The position numbers and the translations under genes are program-made. Under the pieces are notes generated by a model. The model saw only the letters and a list, made by a program, of their open reading frames with translations. It ran no database searches and was not told the DNA's origin. A stretch of 64,000 bases of DNA from the NCBI GenBank assembly GCA_964016885.1, contig OZ024742.1, forward strand, positions 151,342,001-151,406,000, read 5' to 3'. Positions 29,262 through 43,215 of the stretch are shown here, in pieces. Positions within the stretch are counted from its first letter, which is position 1. Every line of letters begins with the position of its first letter. This DNA is from Eledone cirrhosa. Its lineage: Eukaryota.

Positions 29262-29850
29262 GGAAACAGAAAGATTAAGATAACAAGAAAGATAATCACA
29301 ACTTTCTGAAAGTGAAAAGAACTTGAGACGGGAAACAGAAAACTTAAGGCAAGAAGAAAGACAATCACAACTTTCTGAAAGTGAAAAGAATTTGAGACGG
29401 GAAACAGAAAACTTAAGGCAAGAAGAAAGATAATCACAACTTTCTGAAAGTGAAAAGAATTTGAGACGGGAAACAGAAAACTTAAGGCAAGAAGAAAGAC
29501 AATCACAACTTTCTGAAAGTGAAAAGAATTTGAGACGGGAAACAGAAAACTTAAGGCAAGAAGAAAGATAATCACAACTTTCTGAAAGTGAAAAGAATTT
29601 GAGACGGGAAACAGAAAACTTAAGGCAAGAAGAAAGATAATCACAACTTTCTGAAAGTGAAAAGAATTTGAGACGGGAAACAGAAAACTTAAGGCAAGAA
29701 GAAAGATAATCACAACTTTCTGAAAGTGAAAAGAACTTGAGACGGGAAACAGAAAACTTAAGGCAAGAAGAAAGACAATCGCAACTTTCTGAAAGTGAAC
29801 AGAATTTGAGACGAGAAACAGAAAGATTAAGGCAAGAAGAAAGACAATCG
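29262..29850 (+). repeat. 69-bp coding minisatellite (~8.5 units; NLRQEERQSQLSESEKNLRRETE) in Helitron RepHel N-terminus
   Basis: Period 69; runs into the Helitron AF.YDP...IG.M...C..C..MCC..GK motif. Confidence 0.9.
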
Positions 29851-29881
29851 CAACAAACGGAATCAAAATCGCCGAGAGGCA

Positions 29882-30420
29882 ATGAGAGTTGCGATGCAAA
29901 CACAGCGGGCACAAAGGACTCTTCAAGGCAGAATAAACTGGCTAAGAGCTGCGTTTTCATATGATCCATTGAGAAATTATAGAAATGATCCTAAAGTCAC
30001 GATTGGTAACATGAATATTACATGCAGTTGTGGAGCGAGAAATGGGAAAGGACAAAGACTTGGCATGTGTTGCTTAGGAGGAAAGATCAGATTTCCACCG
30101 ATAGAAGACCCTCTACCTGTTATTCGTATACTGCTTACAGCCCATACTAACGAAGCTAAACATTTCAGGAGCAATGTTATGCGGTATAATGCTGCATTTC
30201 AGATGACATCCTTTGAAGCTGAAAAAGATCATACTGGTTATGGTTATTTCACAACATTTAAAATCCAAGGACAATGCTACCATTTAATCGGCAGTTTACA
30301 ACCCCAGCCTAAGAGAACCAAAATTCCTTCAAATTTACTTTTTGGACAACAACGAACAAGAAGCTACTCAACGATGCAGAAATATTTCCGGTGGCCTTCA
30401 TCTGCAAGTTATTAGCAGGT
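29882..30420 (+). pseudogene. Helitron RepHel N-terminal region
   Basis: IGNMNITCSCGAR..GMCCLGGKI..HFRSNVMRYNAAFQMTSF..FKIQGQCYHLIGSL. Confidence 0.88.
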
Positions 30421-30430
30421 GGAGAAAAAT

Positions 30431-31232
30431 CTACATTAATGTCAGTGCTTTGAAGTTTGATCCTGTGCAATATATCTTCCGACAAGTCTTTCTTATAGCT
30501 TTCCCAAATTCAAGGGATCTGAAGAGCTGTCGAAGCTTTTTAGGCATTTGTGTGGCAGCTGCCTCTTCCAATATCTTTTTCCAATATTCCCCGTCTTTAA
30601 GTAGGCCAGGTAATTTACATGCTTCAGCATATGTTGCACAGGGAGTTTCATGTACAATTTTGATATTTTCAAATGATGTTGGCCCTCTAACAGTGTGAAG
30701 GAGTAACCGGAAATGGAGACATTCCCTATATCTAGGATGGACCGTGTAAACTCTTCCTATTGCACCACTTGCTTTGATGTCTTGATAGCCATCCACATGC
30801 TTGCCTATCTTTCGTCTGCTCCATTGTTTTTATTCCATGTGTAGAATGTGGGAACCTCATGATAAAGCAAGGGTTTAGCAAAAGTATCTTCTCCACAAAG
30901 ATTTTAAGTGGGCGTTGTGTCTGGAGGAGATGCATCAATAAATTGTGCATTTTCTTCAGTGTAATATACCCTCTGACCATTTTCTAAATGGACTGCAAGG
31001 TTCACTACCACTGGGTGTCTATTGTGTATGTCAAAACCAAACATTCTCCATATGGCTTCGTTAGGTATGTTTTAACTTCATTCAATTGGTTATCGACACC
31101 AATAGTAAAAGTATCACTACCATATTTACAAACATACTTAATTGATGTTACTGATGCGCTGTACTCACAATTGATGTGAGCATCAAGGATTTTTGCAGAA
31201 GAGAGAATTGTAGGAACGACCAAATTGTTACC
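30431..31232 (-). pseudogene. Inverted internal Helitron Rep segment
   Basis: DAHINCEYSASVTSIKYVCKY.GSD and IGRVYTVHPRYRECLHFRLLLHTVRGPTSFENIK..TYAEAC..GLL.D..W. Confidence 0.88.
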
Positions 31233-31660
31233 ACACAAGTTAACGCTAAAGATTGCAGCTCCCATCATCCTTTTGAGAAACCTTGACGAACCACGTCTAT
31301 GCAATGGCATACGCTTAACAGTGAGGCGGATGATGAAACATCTCCTAAGAGGTCACTATTCTTGGAGGCAATCATCAAGGTGAAAATGCATTTATTCCAA
31401 AGATTCCACTTATCCCTTCCTCTACCAAGCAGCCATTTAAATTGTCAAGACTTCAGTTCCGTGTTAGAGCCAGTTTTGCTATGACCATAAATAAAGTTCA
31501 GGGCCAGAGTCTCAAAGTTGTAGGATTGAATCTGAGAGAATCAGTTTTTACCCATGGACAGTTATATGTTGGTTGTTCACGAATGGGAACATCTAGAAAT
31601 CTTCATATACTATGCACGAACAGTAAAACAAAGAATCTGGTGTATCTGGAAGTTTTTTGA
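31233..31660 (+). pseudogene. Helitron PIF1-like helicase C-terminus
   Basis: PIILLRNLDEPRLCNG.RL; RLQF.V..SFAMTINKVQGQSLKVVGLNL..VFTHGQLYVGCSR..TKNLVY.EV. Confidence 0.92.
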
Positions 31661-31994
31661 CTTTTTTTGTTACACACACACCACGGTGTCGCCTCATACC
31701 GTAAACCAGACAACACATCCAATACGGTCGTTTTCTCTTCGACCTGTGTTCTCTTATCAACTGTTCACCCGGGCGAAGCCGGGTACCTCATCTAGTATAT
31801 ACATATATAAGAAAATGAGTCTTTTGTTTTATATTTAAAAAAAACAAAAGAAAAAACGAGATGTCCTAATGGAAAAGAAATTGAAAATGCAACTGGAGCC
31901 TTTTCAGAATATTGATTTATTTGCCGGTTTCACAGTTCTAATACTTTTCAAAAGTAAAATTAAGATGGAGGGTTTGTGTTTCTGTTGTGGTTTG

Positions 31995-32093
<99 letters not shown>

Positions 32094-32175
32094 AACAAAC
32101 ACAAAATAAAGCAAGATGACCACCGCAGGTTTCAAGTAAGAGTTTTCTTCCAACCATCCATCCATCCATACACCC

Positions 32176-33051
<876 letters not shown>

Positions 33052-33058
<7 letters not shown>

Positions 33059-33430
33059 AAATGCTCTGAAATAGCGATATATATGTGAAGATAGACATAG
33101 AATATTCGAAAATATTCTGTATGTTTATAATAAACATTTTGAAGACCTAATCGCTATAGAATAGAATACGTCACGTATTACAATTAGATTCTCGATAAAA
33201 GCAAGGGAAGTAACCTACGCGTTTCATTCTTATTAGAAATCTTCAGGATTACATATCCAGTGCTTTTATCGAGAATGACACAGCTAGAGACTTATAGAAT
33301 ACTTAGCTGTGTACAGGAACTGGTTTGAAAGAGCGGTGTGACGTATTCTATTCTATAGCGATTAGGTCTTCAAAATGTTTATTATAAACATACAGAATAT
33401 TTTCGAATATTCTATGTCTATCTTCATATA
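33052..33430. mobile_element. Fold-back element (arms ~33080-33172 / ~33337-33430) with a hammerhead in the spacer
   Basis: Complementary arms between (AT)n tracts. Confidence 0.85.
33210..33252 (-). ncRNA. Minimal type I hammerhead ribozyme
   Basis: Reverse complement: GTAATC-CTGAAGA-TTTCT AATA AGAAT-GAAA-CGCG-TA-GGTTAC. Helix I is extended by ATTCTCGATAAAAGCA/TGCTTTTATCGAGAAT. Confidence 0.88.
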
Positions 33431-33459
33431 TATATATATATACATATTCATACATACAT

Positions 33460-33877
33460 AATAGCTGCAACTCGATTTCGAGTAATGCCATCGCTTGATA
33501 CTAAGAAATATATGAAATTTTAATGAGCAAGCTTATCCACACGATGAGCAAATTTTTACATTAAATATCTTACCGAGCAGTTATATAATAATTTAATTTA
33601 CATATGTTTCATCCCCCTGGGATTCTTAGGAATTAACTAAAGTATAAATAGCTTAACAAGTTCATCACTTCCAAACGTAAATCCAGAGATTTACTATTAT
33701 GACGGTGCAGTTCTTTAAAATGTAAACAAAACGTTCTCTGGATTGTTGTGTGCTCGGAAGAGATGAACTTATTAGGGTATTTATATCTTGGTTAATTGTG
33801 AAGAGTCCCAGGAGGATGAAACGTATGCAAATTAAATCGTGATATAACTAACAGTGTTTGGTAACATATTTAATGTG

Positions 33878-33880
<3 letters not shown>
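33460..33880. mobile_element. Old fold-back element with degenerate hammerheads at 33593-33636 (-) and 33792-33835 (+)
   Basis: The arms have diverged; their consensus approximates TTAATT-CTGAAGA-ATCC..GGAT-GAAA-CATATG-TA-AATTAA. Confidence 0.7.
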
Positions 33881-33937
<57 letters not shown>

Positions 33938-33989
33938 GAAAAAAAAAGTTTTTCTTCCTCATTCCTCCCTGTTTTCATATATATATATA

Positions 33990-34698
33990 TATTGTTATAC
34001 TTTGGGAGGGTCATGTTGCCAATAAGAAACACACGCACCAGTTGCTTTCACTTCAATTTATTATAAATTAAATTTATAAATTTAGGAATTTATAAATTTC
34101 CGGTTGGTTGGTTGGTTTGTTCCACAACCAGACGATTGTTCATATATTGTCAAAGTTCTTTCGTCACACATTCTGTGACCTCTTCAGTGACTGGGATTCT
34201 TTTCTTTGTTTTTGTGCCTCTCCTTTGTTCTGTCCTATGCCATCTTGTTTTTGTGTGTGTTGTGTGCTTAGTTTGCGCATGTGTTACATTCGGGTGTCTG
34301 TGTGTGTTTATATTTGTTTATTTATTTGTTTATTTACATGTTACTGGTTGGTTGTTTGTTCTATGTGAGTGTGTGTTTTCATTTTGTCCTTAATTCTAAG
34401 TTCTGATGTTGCTATTCCATTCATGCTTTCTATTTAATTTTGGTTGGAGTTCATTTATGTTTATTGCCTCTGTGATTTGTCTAAACATTGCGTCTTTTCT
34501 GTGTGTAGATTCTATTTTTATTTCTATGTTCTTTAATTTACTCTTATCTTCTATTTTAGCATGTTGGTAGAGTACAGATGATTCTTTACTATCTTGAAGC
34601 CTTCGCCAGCTATTTACTATCATGAAGCTTTCGCCAACATGCTAAAATAGAACATAATGGTAAATTAAAAAACATAGAAATAAAAATAGAATCTACAA
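33990..34698 (-). mobile_element. 5'-truncated PLE-A copy (GIY-YIG end + pLTR) with short inverted segment 34632-34698
   Basis: Reverse complement of ~8760-9372; ends at CAATAT(AT)n. Confidence 0.9.
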
Positions 34699-35369
34699 TC
34701 GAAATCTTTACTCTATATCCCATCCTAATATCTTATCGAGACAAATTTTTTCATATAAGACTCTCTCCGTAAGTTCATGAAATAAATAAATCTCGCTACC
34801 TTACCTTTAATTCTCTAATAACTTAATTTTCAATTTATCATTTTGCAATTTAATATTTTTAATTTAATTTAATTTCATCCTATAACTCGCAACATAAGTT
34901 TAACGTTCCAATCTTCGGTTCACACATTAGACCATACAGACACCCATTATAGATTCTTTGGAGTAGTATTTTTTCGCGGCATTTTCTAGCATGAATGTAG
35001 TATGACCCTTACACTGACTTCTTTCTTCCTTTCTTTCTTTCTTCCCCTTTTTCTTTGACGGAGTGGTGGTAGTGCATTATAAGCCTTCGCCCCCCTTACC
35101 ACATATTAATTAGTAGATTCAGTTGCCAACACTTTGAGGGCGACTGGCCGAGAAGCTAGTTGGTCAGTTGTCCTCTTTGTCTCTGTCTCTGATTTTTCGG
35201 ACCCATGGTTTTTTACATATTCCTTTGTTATATTCCAATACCTGATGATATCACCGGATTCATATGGAACCCGGTCATTGAAATGATCATAGTATAATAA
35301 ACCTTTCAAGGATTTACACCAGTCCAGCCTCCTGTTATTTTATTTTATTTATATATATATATATATATA

Positions 35370-37098
35370 ATAGGGTATAAGTATCGTAGGAGAGGAGGAG
35401 ACAGAGAGATACAGAGAAGTGTGATATAGATTACTAAATGCCAATAGCCGAAGCGGAGTGTGCTCAATGCTTGGGTTAGCAGAGTTAAATATTAGAGAAA
35501 ATTTAATATTTAGTTGATTGTTCAAGCAGAGCAGGAATAAGTAAATGAATGAATGAAGGAGTTACAAGCCGTTAAAACAAGTTCTTTATATAAATCTTAC
35601 ATAATGTTTCACCCACACCAGCTCCTCAAACAAATAATTGATTATATAATGTCATCAATATGTATAAATACTGTTGAGAATCATTCCTCCAGATTAATGT
35701 GTCCTTGCATGGTAGGCGAAAAAATAATAATAATGGCGTCGGTGAAAGGGGCATAATCCACTCGGGGAGGCAACTGAACGATGTTAGGCAGGAAATGACC
35801 CTAAAATATTTGAGTATATCCCAGCTAAAGGGATGGTTTAGGAGGGTGAGCCTAACTTAGTAGGTGATGGGCAGCGCTTAGGTAACAATCTGGTAGTCGG
35901 TTAATAGCGTGATTAAACACTGTACTTAGGCCTAATTATTACTGTTCTAGAGACCAATTGTAGAACGAGTGTTGTAGCCTGTGGTTGCAATTTATGACCG
36001 TTTTTACTCGACTATTAATAAGTTCATGGGGTGAGCTTACTATATAGTATGTTTCCATTAGGCACAGCTGGAAATTTTTCATAAATTTGTAAGGCGTTGC
36101 TTGATCTACTATTCCCCATTATGTGGTGTAGCTAATGTTAGATTCAGTTAATAGCTTAATATAATTAGCGGGGGAGGTAGAGAACCTGAGCTTCTTATTT
36201 CTAAAGGAGTGGAGATGCGATCTAAATCTAGTCTTGAATTCATTAGAAGTTGTGGCTATGTAAGATCTAGTGCTATTCTTACTCGTCACGGTGCATTTGT
36301 AGATTAGGTTTCTAATCAAGCAGTAGCCCTGGAGCGGACAGTTTCGGCAATTGCAATACTTTTTGTTGCTATTTCTAATGTGGTATGGTCCGCTGCTATC
36401 ATTACTACTATCATTAACATTATCACCTACACTATTAACCGAATCTAACATTAGCTACTCCACACAATGGGGAATAGTAAATCAAGCAACACCTTACAAC
36501 TTTAGGAAAACTTGCCAGCTGTGCCTAATGGAAACATACTATATAGTAAGCTCACCCCATGAACTCATTAATAGTCGAGCAGAAACGGTCATAAATTGCA
36601 ACCACAGACTACAACACTCGTTCTACAATTGGTCTCGAGAACAGTAATAACATCCTTTCCCCGCAGGTATCTACATCGCACCACCATTTAGTCCACCTGC
36701 AATAATTACGCCTAAGTACAGTGTTTAATCACGCTATTAACCGACTACCAGATTGTTACCTAAGCACTGCCCATCAACTACTGAGTTGGGCTCACCCTGC
36801 TAAACCATCCCTTTAGCTGGGATATACTAAAATATTTTAGGGTCATATTCTGCCTAACACCGTGCAGTTGCCTCCCCGAGTGGATTATGCCCCTTTCACC
36901 GACGTCATTATTATTATCTTTTCGCCTACCATGCAAGGACATATTAATCTGAAGGAATGATTCTCAACGGTATTTATACTTATTGATGACATTATATAAT
37001 CAATTATCTCTCTGAGGGACTAGTGTGGGCGAAATATATGTAAGATTTATATAAAGAACTTGTTTTAACGGCTTGTAACTCCTTCATTCATTCATTTG

Positions 37099-37103
<5 letters not shown>
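35370..37103. mobile_element. PLE family N (Naiad-like) 3' end as a fold-back: minus arm 35370-36430, plus arm 36431-37103
   Basis: GIY-YIG: CNCRNCPLQGYCLIRNLIYKCTV..YIATTSNEFKTRF..H..SF; W.IV..C.LCL.E..INSR.E...C.H. The pLTR matches 40950-41210. Confidence 0.88.
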
Positions 37104-37156
<53 letters not shown>

Positions 37157-37161
<5 letters not shown>

Positions 37162-38746
37162 ATACTTTGGGAGGGTCATGTTGCCAATAAGAAACACACG
37201 CACCAGTTGCTTTCACTTCAATTTATTATAAATTAAATTTATAAATTTAGGAATTTATAAATTTCCGGTTGGTTGGTTGGTTTGTTCCACAACCAGACGA
37301 TTGTTCATATATTGTCAAAGTTCTTTCGTCACACATTCTGTGACCTCTTCAGTGACTGGGATTCTTTTCTTTGTTTTTGTGCCTCTCCTTTGTTCTGTCC
37401 TACGCCATCTTGTTTTTGTGTGTCTTGTGTGCTTAGTTTGCGCATGTGTTACATCCAGGTGTCTGTGTGTGTTTATATTTGTTTATTTATTTGTTTATTT
37501 ACATGTTACTGGTTGGTTGTTTGTTCTATGTGTGTGTGTGTGTTTTCATTTTGTCCTTAATTCTAAGTTCTGATGTTGCTATTCCATTCATGCTTTCTAT
37601 TTAATTTTGGTTGGAGTTCATTTATGTTTATTGTCTCTGTGATTTGTCTAAACATTGCGTCTTTTCTGAGTGTAGATTCTATTTTTATTTCTATGTTCTT
37701 TAATTTACTCTTATGTTCTATTTTAGCATGTTGGTAGAGTACAGAGATTCTTTACTATCTTGAAGCTCTCGCCAGTGTTCATTTATCCGTTCTCCTATAC
37801 TACGAGCTGTCTCACCTATGTACACTATATTCTTATCTCTACATTGTCCTTCAGTACATCTTATGCTATATACTATATTTCTAGTTTTACAGTTAATATG
37901 GGGGCTTAGTTTACAGATTATACATTTCTTATCTATACAGGGAGGTCTTTGAACAGGGTATGTATTGCTAATAAGTGTTTTTATGGAGGTACCTGGTCTT
38001 TCTATCTTAATATTGAGTTTATGTTTATCTAGGGCCCTTCTGGATTTGTAAGCTAATTCACCTCTAGGGGTTGTATTGATGAACATTACACTCTGGTATT
38101 TATTGCTATCATACCATGAGTTTATTCTATTAACCTTATTCCTAGTTCTTTCTATTCTATTCCAAAATTTGCTCCTATACAAGGGGCAGGTCCCATTTGT
38201 ATCATTATTTACAATTTTTTCCCATTTGGTTCTGGCTCCTCTATATACTCTGATCTTATCTCTCTGATGGTAACCAGGGAACTGCATACGATAGATAAAG
38301 TGTTGTATGTGTCTCTCTAGTTCTTTGGGGTTGCTCATGCGGGACACGTTTCTCATCACCCGTACCAAATCCGCAATCAGTATGTTGATTTTGGTGTGGT
38401 CCGAAACAGCTGTGTTCCGGTGGATCAGATATTTGGAAGTCATGGGTTTGGCATAATGGGAATGGAGGATCTGTTTTTTGTTATTGATAGTATCTAACCA
38501 GAGCTCTGTTTCTAGTACAGGTAATTGGTGGTTGGGGTGTTTGCTTGGGTAGTCTATATTAACTCTAATACTCTGGTGGATGGAGTTAGATATTTGGTGG
38601 ATGCTTTCCATGGTGTTTTTCTCTAATTCCTGACTGTTCTCTAGTGTGTTTCTCATTGGCAACATGACCCTCCCAAAGTATAACAATATCGGTTTCAACA
38701 CACGTTTTCAGATAAAGAATCTTGCTAAACAAATTCAGAAACGCGA
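37157..38746 (-). mobile_element. 5'-truncated PLE-A copy (RT thumb, GIY-YIG, pLTR) with inverted pLTR segment 38645-38746
   Basis: ORF 37718-38701 with LPVLE..KPM..CKTRNIVYSIRC..YIGETARSIGERINEH; both ends run into (AT)n. Confidence 0.92.
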
Positions 38747-39198
38747 TATATATATATATACGCAAGGGGAAATCCGTCGTGTGGCTTATATATTGACGAA
38801 CGAATAACTATTCTAAAGAAATTATGCAATAGTGATTGCCTAAACACGAGAAATGAATTTTTCATACGTTGTCCACACGTCACCAAACACCTATTGCATA
38901 ACTACAAAGCTCCGGATTGAATCATTGTAATTTTCTTTTCGGACTTTCGCAGTTATCTCCCTTCCACCTCTCGCACGCATTCTAGTATTGCCTGTATGAG
39001 GTGACCGGCTTCTGCGCATGCCTGTTTGTACGGTTGTCCTTGTTCCTATAACCATGCCCATTCCGAGCTGAGGATCCGTTAAGGTGAAACAATTGTTCTC
39101 GGTATGGTGAACTAACTGTTGTGTAACCACTTCTACCTAACTCGTCCCATGGACTGAGTGCTCTACCACTACGGATATTACCTTTCAGTGTTCTACCA

Positions 39199-39255
<57 letters not shown>

Positions 39256-39326
39256 TATATATATATATACATACATATATGTGTGTATATATATATATAC
39301 ACACACACACATATATATATATACAT

Positions 39327-39398
<72 letters not shown>

Positions 39399-39402
<4 letters not shown>

Positions 39403-39968
39403 GAAAAAGTAGAGAATAACATGGACAACAGTACAAAAAAGGAGATTTATTTACAGTCTAACAATTGTTTCACTGATAGAATTGTCTAAAAATTGCTAAA
39501 CACTGAAAGTAGTGCCACTCAATTTAAAATATATGTTAGCTCCACCATATCCTCAGAGACTGAGAGAAAATATAAATATATGTGTAACCGGCAAATTTAC
39601 AAATTCATATTTAAAATTGTAAATTTGTCGGTTATGCATATATTTATATTTTCTCTCAGTCTCTGAGGATATGATGGAGCTAACATGTATTTTAAATTGA
39701 GTGGCACTACTTGCAGTGTTTAGCAATTTTTAGACATCTCTATCAGTGAAACAATTGTTAGACTGTAAATAAATCTCCTTTTTTGTACTGTTGACTATGT
39801 TATTCTCCACTTTCTCAATTTTATTACTCCAAGATAAACTTGCATAGTAATACAAGTGAAATCATAAACTCGTCATCCACGCAAACCTCTTACTGAGACA
39901 TACAACGCCGTACGCTAAAACTATCCATGATAAGAAGTATCCACAACCTCTAATTGCATTACCTATAA
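39399..39968. mobile_element. Fold-back hammerhead element (arms 39399-39603 / 39616-39820) plus ~145-nt tail
   Basis: Complementary arms; left end abuts (AT)n. Confidence 0.88.
39657..39765 (+). ncRNA. Type I hammerhead ribozyme with large domain II (mirror 39454-39562, minus)
   Basis: CAGTCT-CTGAGGA-TATGATGGAG...CTCTATCAGT-GAAA-CAATTG-TT-AGACTG. Confidence 0.8.
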
Positions 39969-39982
39969 CGATATCTTGTTAT

Positions 39983-40106
<124 letters not shown>

Positions 40107-40556
40107 TACATATATATATGTGTGTATCTCATTATTATATTGCCTCAAACTCCCCTATGGTCGAGTTAACCCGAAAGTGTACTGACTGCTTTCTCTAGCA
40201 AATACAATAGTCACTTTCTGTCCACCTTACTACCCGACTGAGACCTCTGTATAATGTATTAAATTCTCCCTCCTCGTTCTAAGATATTTTCACTTGCTAC
40301 AAGGGAAACAGTCCCTTTTATTGACCGATGTATCACGTGTTAATTCCACCCTCCGCCTACAGATATTTTCTCACTGGTTACAAACGCGTCTGGAAAACAG
40401 TCCTATTCTCTGAGGTGTTCCTTGACAAGCTGATCGGCCTCGCAACGATGGTGCATTTCTGTAACGCAGAATTGTTGCATATGGATCAGCGAAACTGCGT
40501 AGTCAGGACTTAAAAAAAAAAAAGTAGATTTTTGTCTATTATTTCCTTTTATTTTG

Positions 40557-40644
<88 letters not shown>

Positions 40645-40647
<3 letters not shown>

Positions 40648-43215
40648 AAAGTTTTTAATGACTGTACTAATAATTCATACTCACACCTTAACACCACATC
40701 ATTACATTGAGTCGATTAACTCTACTTACGTTAATTCCCTTGAAATAATAAATAAAATTTTTTACTAAGCCGGTAGCGGTCATTAGTTTGAGAAGTAACA
40801 TTACACCAGCACCGGTAATTACCTCCCTTTACATGCTAACATCTTTCCACCATTTTTTAATACTTAACAACGTATATGTAATATGCATTCTGATGTTAAA
40901 GTATTATTCTACCCGAATAGGGTATTTAATTAACAATTTTGCCTTAATATCTGCCTCAGACGAGCCCCATTGGGCGAAACATGTGTAAGAGCTTTATAAA
41001 GATATGTCTTAACGGCTTGTAACTCTTTCATTAATTATTTTGCCTATCACCACTCTGCTTATTCTTGTACACTAAATATTAACCTTCTCTAATATTTAAC
41101 CCTGATAACCCAAGCATCGAGCACTCACGCACCCGCTTTTGGCATGTAATACTCAGTATCGCACCTCTTTATACCTCCTCTTTCTATCCTCTTTTACGAT
41201 ACTGTAACTTTTTATTATCGCGCTCCTTTCAGTAGAGCTCAATTTATTACTTGCCATTATGTTGGAGAAACAACGGTTACCTATATCTCTCAAGTCAATA
41301 CCTATACCTAGCAGAAACACTTTCCTTAAACAACTCATTGCCGCTACGAATTCGTTTATACGTAGGGTCAGGTGGAAGGCCTACCATTTGGATAAGGACG
41401 CAGATAATCTTCCAGCGCCTAAAGAAAAATACGGTTTTAAGACATACCGGAACCCACCACACAATACACTGTTGGACTCTTTTGAGGAAGATTTACTCAA
41501 TATGATCAAAAATATCAAGTTTAAGAATAGACGCAAATGCAGCAATTCGTTCCTGACTTCCCTGGACTCTCTCATCACTAGGATCAAGAACGACAGACAC
41601 CTTTTCGTTGCCTCTGATAAAACTAAGAACTTGTATAAGTTGGATGTAAGTAGATATAGACAATTCATTTATAATGAATTAAACAAAAATTACATGAAAA
41701 CACCTATTAGTACTTTAAATGACATTAATAGATTAGGCAAAGATATTGTAACTAGCTTAGATATAGATAAATACACTAACCGTTATGTACCTATGACACC
41801 AACATTTTCACTTAAGGAACACAAATATAATTTTAACGAAAGCCCCTCTATTCGATTAATATGTCCCTCCACTTCAGATATAGGTAAAATTAGCAAAGTG
41901 ATCCTCGATAGGATAATACCTGAACTCAATAGTAAAGCTAAGGTCTGTCTCTGGAACAATACCGAGCAGGTCATTAAATGGTTCACAGATCTACCTGATA
42001 AGGCATCTATGAAATTTATCCTGTTTAACATAGACAAATACTATGCTTCTATTTCCCCCATACTCTTAAATAAGGCCCTCATCTTAGATAGATCTAACAC
42101 TAGTTTAACTAAAAAAGAAATAGATATAGGGCTTGCAGCGCGGAGAACTATTGTTCACTTCGAGGGTTCCTACTGGAACAGAACCAACCGTACTGATAAC
42201 TTTGATATCACGATGGGGTCAAGTGACTCGGCGGAGACAACTGACCTGGTCGGAATTTACCTCCTACATAGACTTAGAGATGAGATTCCTGTATTACAAG
42301 GAGGTGTGTATAGGGACGATGCCCTATTCACCGTAAAGAACCATAGCCTCCGTAGAATAGAAAACCTTAATAAACTTATACACAGGTTCTTTCAATCGTA
42401 CGGCCTCTCTGTAACTATCGACCACAACCATCATATAGTTAACTTTTTAGATGTTACGTTAGAATTAGGTACCGGCTTATACAGACCTTACCATAAACCT
42501 GGTGAGGTTCTATCTTACATCAATTATGCTTCTAACCACCCTAAGTCTACGCTCAACTCTATTGTATATAGCATCTCCCATAGAATCTCGCGGCTTTCTG
42601 CTAATGAAGACCTCTTCAACCAAATTGCTGATTATTATAACAAAGCATTGGCTGATTCAGGTTATAACAGCAACATTTCATACCTCCATGATGCAGGCTC
42701 TATAAATCCCCCCCTCATGTAGGACTAGTGTTATAGCAAGCCATACCTATAACCAACGCCACAGCGGCCCAAATAGCGTAACAAATATTAGAAGAGATAA
42801 TAGTGTCACTGGCTACGGCCCGCATCGTAACTATAAAGCTAGCGGGACCACACCCACACCGTCATAGTCCGGCTAATAGTAGCAACTACAGCCTACTTGA
42901 ATTATTCCCCGCTTACAGGCTTAATAAAGGTAATGGTTTATTACCTACACCTTCTAACCCGCCTAGGGTAACTCAGAACCGCCCCACTGGGACTGTCTGT
43001 GCACTCAGACCTAATGCCAAGAGGGCACGCATTATACAGCAGCCCTATAGCCCAGATAGGGATACCCACCTAGGAAATAACGCCCATAGTAACCCCAGAA
43101 CTACGCGTAACCGCCACCGTAATGTCCTATGGTTCCATCCCCCCTACTCTCGGAGTGTGGGCTCCAATTTACCTAGAATCTTTTTCGATGCCTTAGAGAA
43201 GAACTTTCCACCTCC
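40645..43215 (+). mobile_element. PLE family N (Naiad-like) 5' pLTR, RT and linker; 3'-truncated
   Basis: pLTR with hammerhead remnant CAGACGA-GCCC CATT GGGC-GAAA-CATGTG-TA (40957-40987); RT ORF; VLWFHPPYS..V at ~43125. Confidence 0.88.
41259..42722 (+). CDS. PLE reverse transcriptase (Naiad-like), probably inactive
   Basis: KSIPIPS..RWKA..YGFKT; SDKTKNLY; KEHK.NF..P.IRLI.P; FNIDKYYASI (motif A D to N); FDITMGS; YRDD; VNFLDVTL; YRPYHKP..YI...SNHP. Confidence 0.88.
   Translation: MLEKQRLPISLKSIPIPSRNTFLKQLIAATNSFIRRVRWKAYHLDKDADNLPAPKEKYGFKTYRNPPHNTLLDSFEEDLLNMIKNIKFKNRRKCSNSFLTSLDSLITRIKNDRHLFVASDKTKNLYKLDVSRYRQFIYNELNKNYMKTPISTLNDINRLGKDIVTSLDIDKYTNRYVPMTPTFSLKEHKYNFNESPSIRLICPSTSDIGKISKVILDRIIPELNSKAKVCLWNNTEQVIKWFTDLPDKASMKFILFNIDKYYASISPILLNKALILDRSNTSLTKKEIDIGLAARRTIVHFEGSYWNRTNRTDNFDITMGSSDSAETTDLVGIYLLHRLRDEIPVLQGGVYRDDALFTVKNHSLRRIENLNKLIHRFFQSYGLSVTIDHNHHIVNFLDVTLELGTGLYRPYHKPGEVLSYINYASNHPKSTLNSIVYSISHRISRLSANEDLFNQIADYYNKALADSGYNSNISYLHDAGSINPPLM

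Noticed and set aside
29207-29969. Minus-strand ORFs that look like repeat membrane or Cys-rich proteins
   Set aside because: They are antisense shadows of the 69-bp Helitron minisatellite.
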